A stretch of DNA of 64,000 bases from Tubiluchus corallicola (lineage: Eukaryota; Animalia; Priapulida), in the NCBI GenBank assembly GCA_030141605.1, contig JAQGDQ010000252.1, positions 62,001 to 126,000 on the forward strand, given 5' to 3'. A program made the position numbers and the translations under genes. The notes beneath the pieces are model-generated. The model searched no databases. It saw nothing but the letters and a program-made list of their open reading frames with translations, and was not told the DNA's origin. How positions within the stretch are numbered: position 1 is the first letter of the stretch; every line of letters starts with the position of its first letter. This document shows, piece by piece, positions 51,750-64,000 of this stretch.

Positions 51750-54700
51750 ATGGCTGACCGAAAGAGAAAGTCGTCTCTGGCTGTACCATCCACCTCAATT
51801 GGAAGTGTACCTCGCACGGCAAATGTCAGCTTTTCAACTTGTGTGCAGAGCATCAGTAACACTCCCAGTCCTGGAAAGTTACCTGGTGCAACTGGCGATC
51901 CTAGGGGCAGGCTTACATTTCTTGAGAGACAGGTATCGCTGCTTCATGTGATTAGTATTCTGTGAGGTGTAGTTATGAAAGCTCCGTGTTACTCATGCGC
52001 TTGTTCATTCATTCATTCATTCACACCTTAATATATTCTTTCATTTATATATTTAAGTGCTGCATTGCTTACTTAAAAATTTATTTATCTATTTTAGCAA
52101 AGATTTCGAGAGGAAAGGGAGGCAAAGAAGAGGCTGCTAGATAGCCGTCATTATTACATCATTGAGTTACTAATATTAGTGCTTGATATAAGCATGACAG
52201 ATGTAGAAGATTGTTTACTAGAAGGCGATACGGTAAGTAAATGTTTTCAAGTTTTAAAACTCCAGTCAGCAGCCACCAACAGATGGTCCTAGGGAGATTC
52301 CGGCAGTAAATATGTCGTTTTCCATGAATGTCAGACTATGACGGAGTCATTCAAAAAATTTGCAAAATGTTGAAACTGCATACATCAGTTGCTGTATGTT
52401 ATCACTTTGTAGTACTGTAAAATTCAAAAAAATCGTTTTTCCTATTGTTTTGCTATTCTGTTATGCTATAAGTCATTGAAAAGTGTGCCTTTGCTTTCAC
52501 ATTGCTGACAAAGTTTCTATAGTGACATGTAGCAGCCACAGTTCATTATGTGATGAATCTTTTCCATTGAGGAAATATTGGCAAAGCATATTCTCCTGTG
52601 CACTTCTCATTATATGTTTGCATTAGCTTAACTAGCTGCCATTAAAAGGCAGTTTCTTTTAAATGAGTGTATGTGTACATTAGCTGGTAAATTATGTGGA
52701 GCACCAACATAAATGCACAAGTCCTGGACATAAATGCACATGTAACTCATGTAACTTTAATTTCTGTAAAGTTTAGCTGGACTTTTTAAGTAGCGTAAAT
52801 TTGTGGTTTTCCTTGGAATTATTAATGAAAACGATGGTAAATATAAATTTAGGATTTATATTTCTGATGATATTTTAGGTTTCTTACTTTAAGTTTTAAA
52901 AATTTTCTAATAATAATTCATGTTTATCTTTTCTTTATTTTTAAAGCTGGATGAATTTGATAGCTTTTTCGCTGTTAATGGGCAGAAACATTTGTTGTTC
53001 TATTATCAAGAGATGGATCAAGATACACCAAGTAAGAGGTTTATTACTTTAGAAAAACATTGCAATTTAGTTAAAAGGTACAAGAATTAATAAGAATTTT
53101 AAAATGTTGGTAAACTGTTACATAGGAAATTGATGCTCTGGAGGTCTTATCCAAAATTCCAAACACCCATTTTGCTGCTGATATTCTCAGTTAATGAAAT
53201 ACTACTTTTGAAACGACACTTGACATTAACAAAAGTGCTAAACAGTTGGTTTTAGTGTAAATGTCTTTAAAATATACAAATTTACTGTTATACTTGCTTT
53301 TGTGTGCTGGCAGGGTACTTCACATCAAGTCTCTGATACTTGTGCAAGTAGACAATACATTTTTCGTATGCAGGTTGTCATATTTAAGATTTTTCCTGCA
53401 TGCATACTTTTTACAAATAAACTATTTATTCTGCTTGATGAACAATACTTAATAAGCTGCTTATACAAAAACACAAAACAAAAACTTGATGCAAAATCAA
53501 TGTTAAAAATTTTACTTTGTTGTTCAACAAAATAGTATATTGCGCTACCATTATTACCTTCAAAAATGTCTGTAAATTTATGCAGATTGGTTAGTCACTG
53601 CATTACAGTTCCAAATGAAATACTTTTCTATGTTCAGCAAAAATAGTTTGCGAATACGAGCAATAAAACTTACAAAACCATTTATGTATTTTTATGGACA
53701 AGTATGGCTTCATTTAATGACGATTCATTTAAGGCCATGTTTAGAAGGAATGCATTACATTCAGTAAGCAGGGACTTGTATGTACCGAAAAAATGTCATT
53801 TGAACAGATTTTGCTCCTGTTCTATTCAGACATCTAAGTTGGTGAAAGCTAAAGTGGCTGAAAAACAGGTGCCCAAAACTGAGGTAGTCAAAATCAGTGC
53901 ATGTTCAACTAGTGTCGGAGAGTTAGCAAATTTTTGTCTACAATAACTCCCAAAGCTATTCACTTGCTAGTCTGAATGCACTGTAAGATGAATACCAGAA
54001 CTTCTATAATCAAGACAATAGTATGACCAAGACATACTAATTCAAGATCTCACAGTTCGAAACTGAGACAAACACCAAAACCGAAAACTATGCTTTCACA
54101 GGAGGTACTTTAAGCATGTTAAACATGCTAGGCTTGTTTAAAATATTTGTTCATAAATTCTGTAGTCATTTTGGTGCATTATGTGGTAAATAATATGAAT
54201 AATTAATAAAACAATTAAGAATTCTCAAAGAAAGAAAAAGTGAAATTTGGCCACATTGAGTCACTAGTACTACGCTTCAAACATGAAATGTGAATGAATT
54301 TGAAATATCGTTTGAAACTTGATATGTCGTCTGAATGGTGTTATCGTACCAACAACTGAGTTTTTCAGTTCTGTTACTACACTGTGCTTACCAAGCCTTT
54401 GTTGCAACGATGAAGTTGTTAAAAGCAAATTTCAACATACACTGTCCAGATTTCAGGTTTGCATTCCAATGACCATTTATTTAGCATGTTTACCTACCTA
54501 CCTGCCCACCACGTGCATGAAATCAGAAATTTCAAGAAATTATCCAAATAGGATGTTGGTTAGTGTTTTGACAAAATGCTACCAGATTATAAAATTAACT
54601 GATAAAAAAAACTTAACTTCACTTTGCATAAAGTGGAACAAATCTGGAGATCAGACTTCGATCCCAAGAGCAAGATCGATATTGCTATGTATGAGATCAA

Positions 54701-57700
54701 GACAAAGAGCGAGACAATGGACAATACCAGCTAACTGAAACTCAAGAGACTGAGATTTATGCCAAGACTGACAAAACTTGGTCTTGAGACTGGCCTCCAG
54801 ACTAAGACTGGTCCTGAGTGGCACATCTCTGGCAATCCATCACAAAAACTTGATTTCAGGAACTTGTGAATGAGAGGTGAAGAAGCCTGGGTATTTGTGA
54901 ATTTTGATTTGTCAAGTTACACTAAGTTACTGCAGATGTAAGGATTACACATACAGCTAATTTGTTTGGTAGAAACTGGAATTTGTAGGATTCTAGTAAG
55001 TCATCATGACAAATGCATATGAATTCTTAAAATTTCAATGAAAATTTAAATATACCTTAAAATGATTGAGTCAAATTATTATTAAATACACTTTTCATGT
55101 CAGCACCTGCACTTGAAGACTCTCGGAGAAGAAGTATAGCTTTGTCATTAAGGTCAGTGAGTCGAGTGAGCACAAAACCTCGTCTTGTATTGACTGGCGG
55201 TCAAGGCGTTGCATTGCAAGGCACAGCTGTATTATTCTTAAGACTGGACAACAGCATGCGCATAGAGAAAAACAATATTGAAAAGGTAAGTCCGGACTCT
55301 AGACTATAATCTGATCTTATTATTATTTTGTAAATTTAGTGAAACGTGTAAAATTTAATTAAATAGATGTGTTTTGTAAGTAAACATTCAACTACTAACA
55401 TAGAGGAAAAAAGAAATGTGCCAACATATTTTTCATATTAGCTTGTCATAATATGACCAGTGTTGGTTTTTACCTTTCTTCTGTTATTTTAAAGCTAGCA
55501 TTTTGCATTTGTAGACTTACATTCAGACGTTTCTGCTGGTTTTAGTATAACTTTACTGTATTATGAAATTAAAATCTTCTTTTTTCTCCAGGAAGTTCTT
55601 CTGACACTGGTGGATGGTACAAAAGGATTACTGCCTGCTATATGTGAGTTGTTGACTGAGGTTTTTACTCCATTTCTGACTTCAATGAAAGATGAGTGGG
55701 GTGAAGTTGACAATGACAAAAAAGGAACATTAATAAAAAATAACTTTCTTTCTTCTTTTAACAGTGTCATCAGATCTTTGGAAGGTAAATTTTCTATAAG
55801 TTTTTTGATAATTTTTGCGTTTTGTTGGTAGATGGTGTTATAGATATTAATGGGGATTATTACTCTCTTAACGATTAAAGATAGCAGGGGTTGTGTGAGC
55901 CGTCACCTGAGACAAACTTGTTTACTTTCAACACTTGTTCATTGCCTATTTAAGCTAATACTTGTTTGTTTTTGTCAAAGGTGTAACTACTATTTGCGAA
56001 TGAACAATTTCGTAATTCTTTGCTCTCCATTGCTATATGTAATCACAATTAGGTTGAGTTCGGTCTATTGCACATGCACAGCAGCCATAATTGTATTTTC
56101 ATTTAGAGTACAATAGTCAATATGCAGAATTTTGGAGTTTTACTACAAAATTTCAATTGCAGTTGGATTCAGTATAATCTATGTATAACAAGTTTTGAGA
56201 GCCTTTCAAAATTTGCTTGCTATAACTGAGTCTCATTATACCCTAGGTAAACTGTTAAGTGTAACGCATGTTCCCTATACTGTCTAACTCGTTTACAGCC
56301 TGCGAAATCACCAGGAAAAAACTGCTGACGGACTGTTAATGCTGCTGCTATATGCCTCGTTTCAGTGCTGCTATATGCCCCACTGAATTGGCAAATGTGC
56401 ATGGGATTCTGTTACATCTGCTGCGATTAGAACTCATTTTAGGCGTACAACATTTTGCCCGCTTGAGTTGAGCGATAACTTACGTGGCAACCAGTGATAT
56501 GAAAAAGCTAGCAGATAGCAGTGAAGCAGCCAACACTTCCTCTTACAGAGCAAGTTTGTTTGAAAATCGGTAGTAAAGTTTGATTCCTTACCTTTGCAAT
56601 ACAAAAAACCAATTAGGCCAATACATGATTAGTTAAAACTTATTTAATACCATTGTAACCAAAGTACATTTACAAGTTTACATAGATAACTCTGTTTTTT
56701 CTATGATTACAGCATGATATCCATGGAGTAAATTTCTGCATAAAACTGCCCACAGAACTCTTTGTGATTTACTCCTTTATGGTTGCTGAATGTGTTTTGC
56801 TTGTGGTATTCACAAGCGTAGTGTGAATACAAAAATTTCTTCTGTTATTTACGATCATTTAAATGCCCTTGCAGAATTTGGATGTAGTTGGCTCTTGGTG
56901 GGTAGAAAACGTAGCAAACACATTGTTTTAGAACTCGCGCTTGTTATATGCAAGGGAAGTAAGATCACCGGGCGGCTGAATTACCTCGTAAAAAACAGGA
57001 TCGAGTAATTTGAGAGCTTGCCGTAAGCAAAATTTAGATACATTGTTCAAGTGTAAGTTTTAGCAGGATTCTAATATTCACTCGTAATAACCACAGGCTT
57101 GTTATAACAGGCCTTGTTATAAGTGGATTATACTATTTAAGATGGAATATGATATGTACTAAACTTGTGCTATATTTTCAACAGTTGCTCAAGACAGCAT
57201 TAATAATAGAGTGGAACTGCCTGCTTGCCCGAAGATAAGCACGACCAAGCTCATGTCAATAGCTGACTATGAAGATATATTGAAAAGTGAAGAAAGTTTG
57301 GATATTATCGAAGCTTGTTTCAAAACCTGGATCAAACAGATCAAGAATGTAATTATTGCTTTCAGAAACAGCTCCCACAATTCTTCATATGAACACAAAT
57401 TTAGTGTTGGGGTATTAGTTGCTGGGGTTTGCAGTGAAACTATGTGTTGGGGTCCAAAAGTTTTTTCAATAATGGAAATTGCTGAAGCTGTTTAGCTTCT
57501 TCTCTGTCATGCAATTTGTATTTTAGCTGGCTTAGGGGACTATTTAAAAAAAGAGAAAAGTTGCTACTGCTACAGATGCTACTACAGACTGCAGATTACT
57601 ACAATTTTTGGTAAATCACCAACAGTTTTACTGTCCCAACTATCATAGCCACCACCATCACCACGAGTGTCATCATTTTTATCAACATCATCACAACATT

Positions 57701-60700
57701 TTAAAAGTAATTTTGTTTTGTGTGGTATAATTCAGAGCACCTTGCAACATATAAGGTAGAAAAAAAAGTCATAACACAGTAGTTGCAAATTCTGCAAGTT
57801 TTGCCAACGTTTTTGGCCATAGGTATTTTGTTGTCTGTATATTAACTTTTTGACTGCAGAGGACAGTACATCTGTTTATTTTTAGTAGGCTTATTCATGA
57901 AGTGTGTACATGTATCATTGCTACTGGTGAACATGCCGGTTAATTGTTTACATTAAGCATGACGGTGCACTCTCGTCGTACACGCCAGTAAGAATAGCAT
58001 TTTCATGATGGGAGATTCTCATTCTACACATAGTGAAATGGTTGAAGAAGCTGTAGCAGGTTAACCTAACTAATGTCTATTCGACATAGTAAAATGTCCA
58101 TGTTCAGTTGTAGCTAAAACATAAAAAAGTAAATACATAAAGCGTCAACAGATTTATGGATGGTTTATTGCTAAGCTTTCTAGTAATTTGTCTTTGTCAG
58201 AGCAAAACTCAGATTCGACTGATTGTTTTTAATGTAATGTATGATACAAATAAAAATATTATGCTGTCATGCACGTGATAATTCTGGACACATTGTGCAT
58301 TTACTAAGTTCTAACTAAATATATAACAAATCTCTACAGATCTGCACTTGGTGTTGTTTTTTTTTGTAACATCATAAAGCTCATTTCATTATACTTATTT
58401 TTAAGGACAGACGTAATTATAAAACCGAAAGTTAAGGATGCGGAGCCTGATTAGCAGATAGATAAGCGACAATTGTGAAAACTGATTTTGTGTGATTTTG
58501 TATAGTGTTATGCATGTGCTGCCTATTTCATTTATTAAAAGAGGATATTTGTACACCTGTGTTGGTTCAGTGGCTTATACAAGGAGATTATCTTTAATAA
58601 TCAGCTGTATTCTGCTATAACCATCATTAGCAGTAATGGGGTATTGAGTAGGCCCTGTATTAGTACTCACGATCAGCTTGCAGTGTGCTTAACTACATTA
58701 AAACTGTAAAATCTGAATATGACTACTAGAGTTTTTTTGAGAATTTTTGTTCTTAACAGAAAAACAATGACTATGCTTGCATTTTTCTACCTAACTGCAA
58801 AATCTAACTTACAGCCTCGCAAATGAACAGCATTTCTTATCATACTGTCATTATTGCAACATATCTTTTTCTAGATTTGTGTTTTAGAGATATGTAACCT
58901 TTTACTGTCTTGTTAGGTAATAGTAACAAGTGAACAGTTTCGCAGAGAGGATGAAGATGTAGGACCACAGGCCGAAATGAACTACTGGAAGAAACGAATG
59001 GCACAATTTAATTCCCTATTGACTGAAATTAAGAGTGTTAAAGTGGGAAATGTATTAAAGTGTTTACAAGTTGCACGGTCTAAGCTTTTGAAGGTAAATT
59101 GCAAGCCACTGTGAATGTCTATGTCAGTTTTTACTGATGAGTTTATGTGTAACTACAGAATTTGTACTACAATTTTTTTAAATCTGAAAGTTCTACTGGC
59201 AGGGATGACTCTAGGTGGCTTAACACCATAAGCAGAAGTATTAGCATTCTCTAGCATTCTCTCCTTAACACCTTCCTCACAGTTCTCATTTCCAAAATTG
59301 CATTTTTGTTATATGCCGTATAATGTTGTGTGTGTGTGTTAGGCTTATACATGTGTTACAGTGTACTATACTAGTATTTGCAGCTTGTTTTGACTGAATT
59401 TGAAATTGAATTTATCCTGTCTGAATTTGTCCTGGGGATTCCTTAACAGTAATCAAAATTTCTGCAATTTCTACTGCACGCGCTTCATATGTACGTACTC
59501 TTGTCTAGATTTTCTCTCAGCCTTAATTTTTTTTCATCATTTGAATGTCACTGAAACCCTAACTCCTATTTTTCATGTATAAACCATTTCACTAGTTTCA
59601 TCATCGTAATAATCATCTGGTTGCAAATATTTCGTTAGTAAATCTTTTTGCTGTTCAATGTCCGTTGGCTTTTTTATCTTTCGTTTCTTGTATTCTGCTC
59701 AATGAAGGATTCATTTTCTGAGAGTAAGTTATGTTTCATAATTAGATGAATGCTACTGCAAGAAACATTATTTATTAATGCAAGGATCTGCTGCTATTTT
59801 GCTTAGCCTTGCTGCTCTATGCGTACAGTACAAGCGATGGGCAAGCAGGATTTCATGTCAGCAGTGTTTGCCTGAAATGATGTAATCTTGTGAAGCCATG
59901 CAGGTAAAATGAATAAAATAGGCAGTGTTTTGTCATGGAAAGACAGCTCAGTGTTAGCGCTGATTCATCGTACATTTTGCAATTACACATATACTATTTT
60001 ATTATTTTTTGCCAAATTTAAAAATAAGCAGAACACTCATTTATTAACAGCTCTTAGACTTATTAGTAGGTGACTTTATGTTTATTGGGCCTGTTCTATT
60101 AACAGGTTATTAACAGATTATCCAAAGTAGCCTTAAGTTTATATAGCTATCTTTCATTTAATAGTGTACACAGTGCTAGATATTACATGCAAGTTATTCT
60201 TGCCTCAGTGTGTGGCTTGGCTTCATTTGCATATTAATATTCTTTTTATCTTACTTGGACATTTCAGAGATTTATACCAGATGGAACTCTACGAAGAATG
60301 CATAAATATTAATAAAAAATAAAGTTATTACTTTATAAACTTAATAAATAAATAGTGAATGACAAAATGTAGCAAACATTATTTTTGGTAAATATGATAC
60401 TACTTGCTACTTCTACATTATTTTTCAAATCTATAGTGCTTCTTTAATGCTACAGCATCCTTGATGGATTGCAGTAGCTAGCAAAATTTTGCTATGTTTC
60501 TAGCCAACTCTGATGTGTCACGGCAATGTTTGATATGAGTGTCATTTTGCCATTTCGTTCTTTGCAAATTGTTTCACAATTTTAACGTTTTATTTTATAA
60601 ATTTTTTAAGCTTTTGCAAATGTGGCAGGGTTTTTTGTAATTAATATCAGAACATTATCTTGGTCAGAAAAACAATAGTTATTTCTGTTTTTCAGGATTG

Positions 60701-63700
60701 GTGTGAACTAGATGATGCTGTTACTGATGGTGCTAACGAAGCCAAAGAAAATGTAAAGTTCTTATATGTTTTGGAAAAATACTGCGAACCACTGTACAGC
60801 AATGATCCAGTAAGATTTAGTTCATATGATAGCATTCATTTCATGTGATTAAAGCATTTACCCGGTCTGCTTTTTATTATGAAACGAGTTGCTAGAAAAT
60901 GTACTGCTAACAAATTATTTTACAAAGTTAGATAAATGCATGGTTTTTAGGTGGCACATTTTATTAAAAACAGTTTGTGTTTGTTTTCATTATTTGTTTT
61001 TGGGTGGTGCATTGCAATTTTATACTGCATTTTATTACTAGTGCCATTCCTATATTTTTGTTGCAAGCAAACAGAGACTACATTGCATAAGCTAGCTAAA
61101 GCCTTTTAAGACTTTTAATAGTTATTAGTCAGCTTTAGACAGCAAAAGGATCGATAACAAGATTAATTTCACATCAGTTTATTTTTTGTTATAATTGCAT
61201 CAGTGTCAGATAATGATGATAATGCCAATTTACATGTACATTTGTTTCATATAAGAGGTATATCTTTCTTTAAAGTTTCGGCAATTTTGCAGTTGAAAAT
61301 TGTCTTGTTTAATGAAAGATGAAGTAGTAGATTCACTAGAAGCACTATGCTAACAGAACTAGCTAATTTTATCATAGTCCAAACACTACCTCGACCAAAC
61401 AGTGGCCACAAATACTGGATTTATTATGGATGTCATATTTCTGTTCTTTGAAATTTTTTTTCTTTACTGTTTACATTTTTTTGCAAAAACTTTTTATAAC
61501 AGGTATTGATGTTAGAGACACTGCAGGAAATGATGAACACTGTGAAAATGATCTTGACATTTTCTAGATATTATAACACATCTGAGCGCCTTACTTCATT
61601 GCTTATAAAGGTACTTTATTACGTGTGCATATGTGGAATTGGCTTGTTACTATATTTGCTTATCCTTTATTGTCAGTTACTGATTATTCAAGCAAAACAG
61701 TGTACGGACTTCTATTACAACGCACTGAGAAATATTTTCAGGTAACTAATCAAATGGTTACTTCCTGTAAGAATTACATCACTGAGCTGGGAGCCGAAAC
61801 AGTATGGAGTCAACCGAAGCATTTGCTCTTTGACAAGATACGTTCTTGTCTGCATCTTCACCTTTCTTATAGGTAAGCAGATCAGATAAAAATACATACC
61901 GTGTGCATATCTCATACATCCGTATGGTTAGAGCTGGATATTTAATATGTATGCAGTATTTATTTGAAATTTCAGTGCCACTGGCTTTTCTTTCAGTGCC
62001 TATTCAAAGGAGTGTTTTCTATATGATTTCAGAGATTGTTTCCGCAAAACCTTAGCAGAAATAAAATCAGGAGAAGAAACTGCCATACTTGATTTGAGCG
62101 AGTCATACATATTTGGAAAATTTGATTTATTTGCTAAACGTTTGCAGAAAATACTGGATTTGTTCAGCTTCATAGAAATGTATGCTACAGTAGAAAAGAC
62201 TCGCATGGATGGTAATTTTTTGTTTTTTTATTTACATTTCGTTTTTGCATGCATTTGTTTGACGGAATTATTGCGTCCTCCACCACATGGTCGACATGGC
62301 TAGTAAATAGGAAAATAATGATGTAAATGAATTTGTTGTTGTCATTATTCATTTTGTTCAGACTTTCAGTGACAAGCTGCTTTTATTTTGATGGATTAGT
62401 TCCCAAAGTTCATAATAAAGCTGGTATGCCCATAATGTAATCTGCTGAGTTATTAGAGGGAGGTAACTTTGGATCTCACGCCTGTCAGCTGTTGCAGTTT
62501 AGTACTTCTGGTAGATAGTTTTTGATCGAAAATACTTCCTAAGTCAGCAGTATATGGCTAGCAATATGCCAGTGGCTGGTCATTCAACTGGTAGTTTCTG
62601 GAGTGGACTAAATGGTATTTGTTTAGGCGATTTTTAAAATTTAGCCAAATGCAGTAATCTAATTGCTTTGTTTTGTTGATTGGCTATTTTAAGCGTTGTT
62701 CTGTATCAGTGCTAACATAGAACTGGTATGGTAGCTACAGTTGTAATGTTTACTTAATAGTTGTCTGTTATAGTTATTTTTGTATCTTTATTGATGTGTG
62801 CATTGCAAATTCATTTAACAGTTTTTAACAGTTTTTGAACTGAAAACCCAAAAACTACTAGCATTGGCTTTAAACAGCATAGAGAGTGTGTTGAATAAAT
62901 TTTACTGCCATAGTTAAATAGAAGATACTGGTAAATAATGTACTTGTGTTCTTTACATTGTATGTCTTTAGTATTGTATATATATATATATATATATATA
63001 CAATATTAAAGACATACAATGTAGAGAACATATACATACATTATATACATGCAATATATACATTATATATCATATGCATTTATATATTTTTTCTGCATTT
63101 TCTTACAGGGCTAGAATCTATGAGTGCTAGATATAAAGCCATCGTTGCAAATGTTAGAAAGAAGCAGTACAACTTTCTTGATCAGCGGAAACAAGAGTTT
63201 GACAGAGACTTTGATGATTTTAAATGCAGCATTGATGATTTGCAGGTAACCGCTGGTATATCATATGCATTTTGAAAATGTCTGTTTGTCTTGAGAATAT
63301 CTGCATAATTTGCTGGCAACATTTCCACATTTAATTTATCAAACTTAAGAAAATGTTAAACATACATCATATTTTATATGTCATGCTGAAACTACTCAAT
63401 AACTCATATTCAGATCTGATAACGTTTAACGTGATTTTGTTTTGAATACTTTTTTATTAAGAAAGATTACCATATGAGAGAACTTGTTTTTCTTGGACAG
63501 TGGCTTCTATGTTGCAGTATTTCTAAGAATTCGTGTTTGCTAATTTTTTCTTTGGTGTGTTTAATTTTTACTACTTTTTTCACTACAAATTAGTAAAAAT
63601 TAAACACATCATATATATATATATATATATATGAGTCTGCTTATGTTCATTGTTAGGCTGATATAGTGAGCTGTTTGGAAGATGCTTTATCAAGTCTGAG

Positions 63701-63894
63701 GACATCAGCCATGTCATTAGAATTTCTTGACAGATTTGAAAGACTGTGCTTACCTCTTACGAGCTTGTCTCTTAAGTCGTCGTACTACCCCAGAATTCTG
63801 CTGCAGTTTGAAAATGAATTGAATGACGTAAATAAACTATATATGCAGAATAGACTAAAACCTCCGTTAGAGAGAAATCTACCACCTACAGCTG
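51750..63894 (+). CDS. DNAH5: Axonemal outer-arm dynein heavy chain, DNAH5/DNAH8 (gamma-type) clade, N-terminal tail (13 exons, ~675 codons; continues beyond right edge)
   Basis: GT-AG exons: 51750-51932, 52098-52232 ([15 protein letters not shown]...DVEDCLLEG, cf. DNAH5 EKEAKRALLDARHNY...EVEDAILEG), 52947-53031 (HLLFYYQE), 55104-55285, 55592-55784, 57185-57348, 58917-59093 ([20 protein letters not shown]), 60696-60809 ([29 protein letters not shown]), 61503-61610 ([16 protein letters not shown]), 61742-61872 ([14 protein letters not shown]), 62033-62211 ([19 protein letters not shown]), 63109-63245 ([15 protein letters not shown]), 63657-63894 ([12 protein letters not shown]). These motifs fit the DHC_N1 domain. 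DNAH5 versus DNAH8 orthology cannot be resolved by eye. Confidence 0.9.
53995..54831. mobile_element. Degenerate hAT-like element with CAAGAC/GAGAC subterminal repeats
   Basis: Clusters of caagac/gagac/aagact occur at both ends, and the right terminus is …cacatctctg. The left terminus is poorly conserved. Similar motif clusters occur at ~21380-21445 and ~24090-24145. Confidence 0.4.
56170..57135. mobile_element. Tc1/mariner-pogo-type MITE in a dynein intron
   Basis: TIRs CAGTATAATCTATGTATAACAAG and CTTGTTATAAGTGGATTATACTA (revcomp TAGTATAATCCACTTATAACAAG). Confidence 0.55.
62977..63000. repeat. (TA)n microsatellite
   Basis: A TA run in a dynein intron. Confidence 0.9.
63611..63632. repeat. 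(AT)n microsatellite just upstream of a dynein splice acceptor
   Basis: An AT run ~25 nt before the acceptor at 63656. Confidence 0.9.
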
Positions 63895-64000
63895 GTATGA
63901 TCTACAGTATTAAACTATTTAGCTAGCTTGTTCATTTGTGCACTAAATTCTGTGCAATACTCACCATACCTAGGTACAGCGTGAGGGATAGGCACACTAG

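Noticed and set aside
51933-51940. U12-type donor in dynein intron 1 (GTATCGCT)
   Set aside because: It does not match GTATCCTT, and no TCCTTAAC branch site precedes the acceptor.
53830-53884. Possible extra dynein exon ([13 protein letters not shown])
   Set aside because: The upstream exon ends in phase 1, and in that phase the segment hits TAA immediately. Exon 53031 joins 55104 in frame without it.
1-64000. Prokaryotic-type systems (operons, CRISPR arrays, defence islands, prophage)
   Set aside because: The window is intron-rich eukaryotic DNA. It has no long uninterrupted ORFs and no repeat-spacer arrays.

Overview
This is AT-rich eukaryotic genomic DNA, most likely from an invertebrate metazoan. 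It is not prokaryotic, so most entries in the ORF track are exon fragments or noise. Three spliced genes could be rebuilt by hand from splice signals and protein similarity. (1) The 5' part of CNOT1, the CCR4-NOT scaffold: minus strand, ATG at 27445, 32 coding exons, running off the left edge. (2) A complete CEP89/CCDC123-like centriole distal-appendage gene: minus strand, 47852 to 29530, 17 exons, about 609 aa. (3) The 5' part of an axonemal outer-arm dynein heavy chain of the DNAH5/DNAH8 clade: plus strand, ATG at 51750, 13 exons, running off the right edge. CEP89 and the dynein are head-to-head, with an RFX X-box-like motif between them. The introns hold many non-autonomous transposons (a Helitron; pogo/Tc1-, hAT- and Harbinger-type MITEs; CR1/L2 LINE fragments; a tRNA-derived SINE) and microsatellites. 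The most notable oddities are a 49-bp duplication giving one CNOT1 exon two identical 3' splice sites (the upstream one leads to a premature stop), a Met-Gly-stop uORF overlapping the CNOT1 start codon (TAATG), and a recent ~420-bp inverted copy of a dead LINE segment bracketing four CEP89 exons. I found no convincing wholly new biological system. Family calls rest on remembered similarity to vertebrate proteins, not on database searches.
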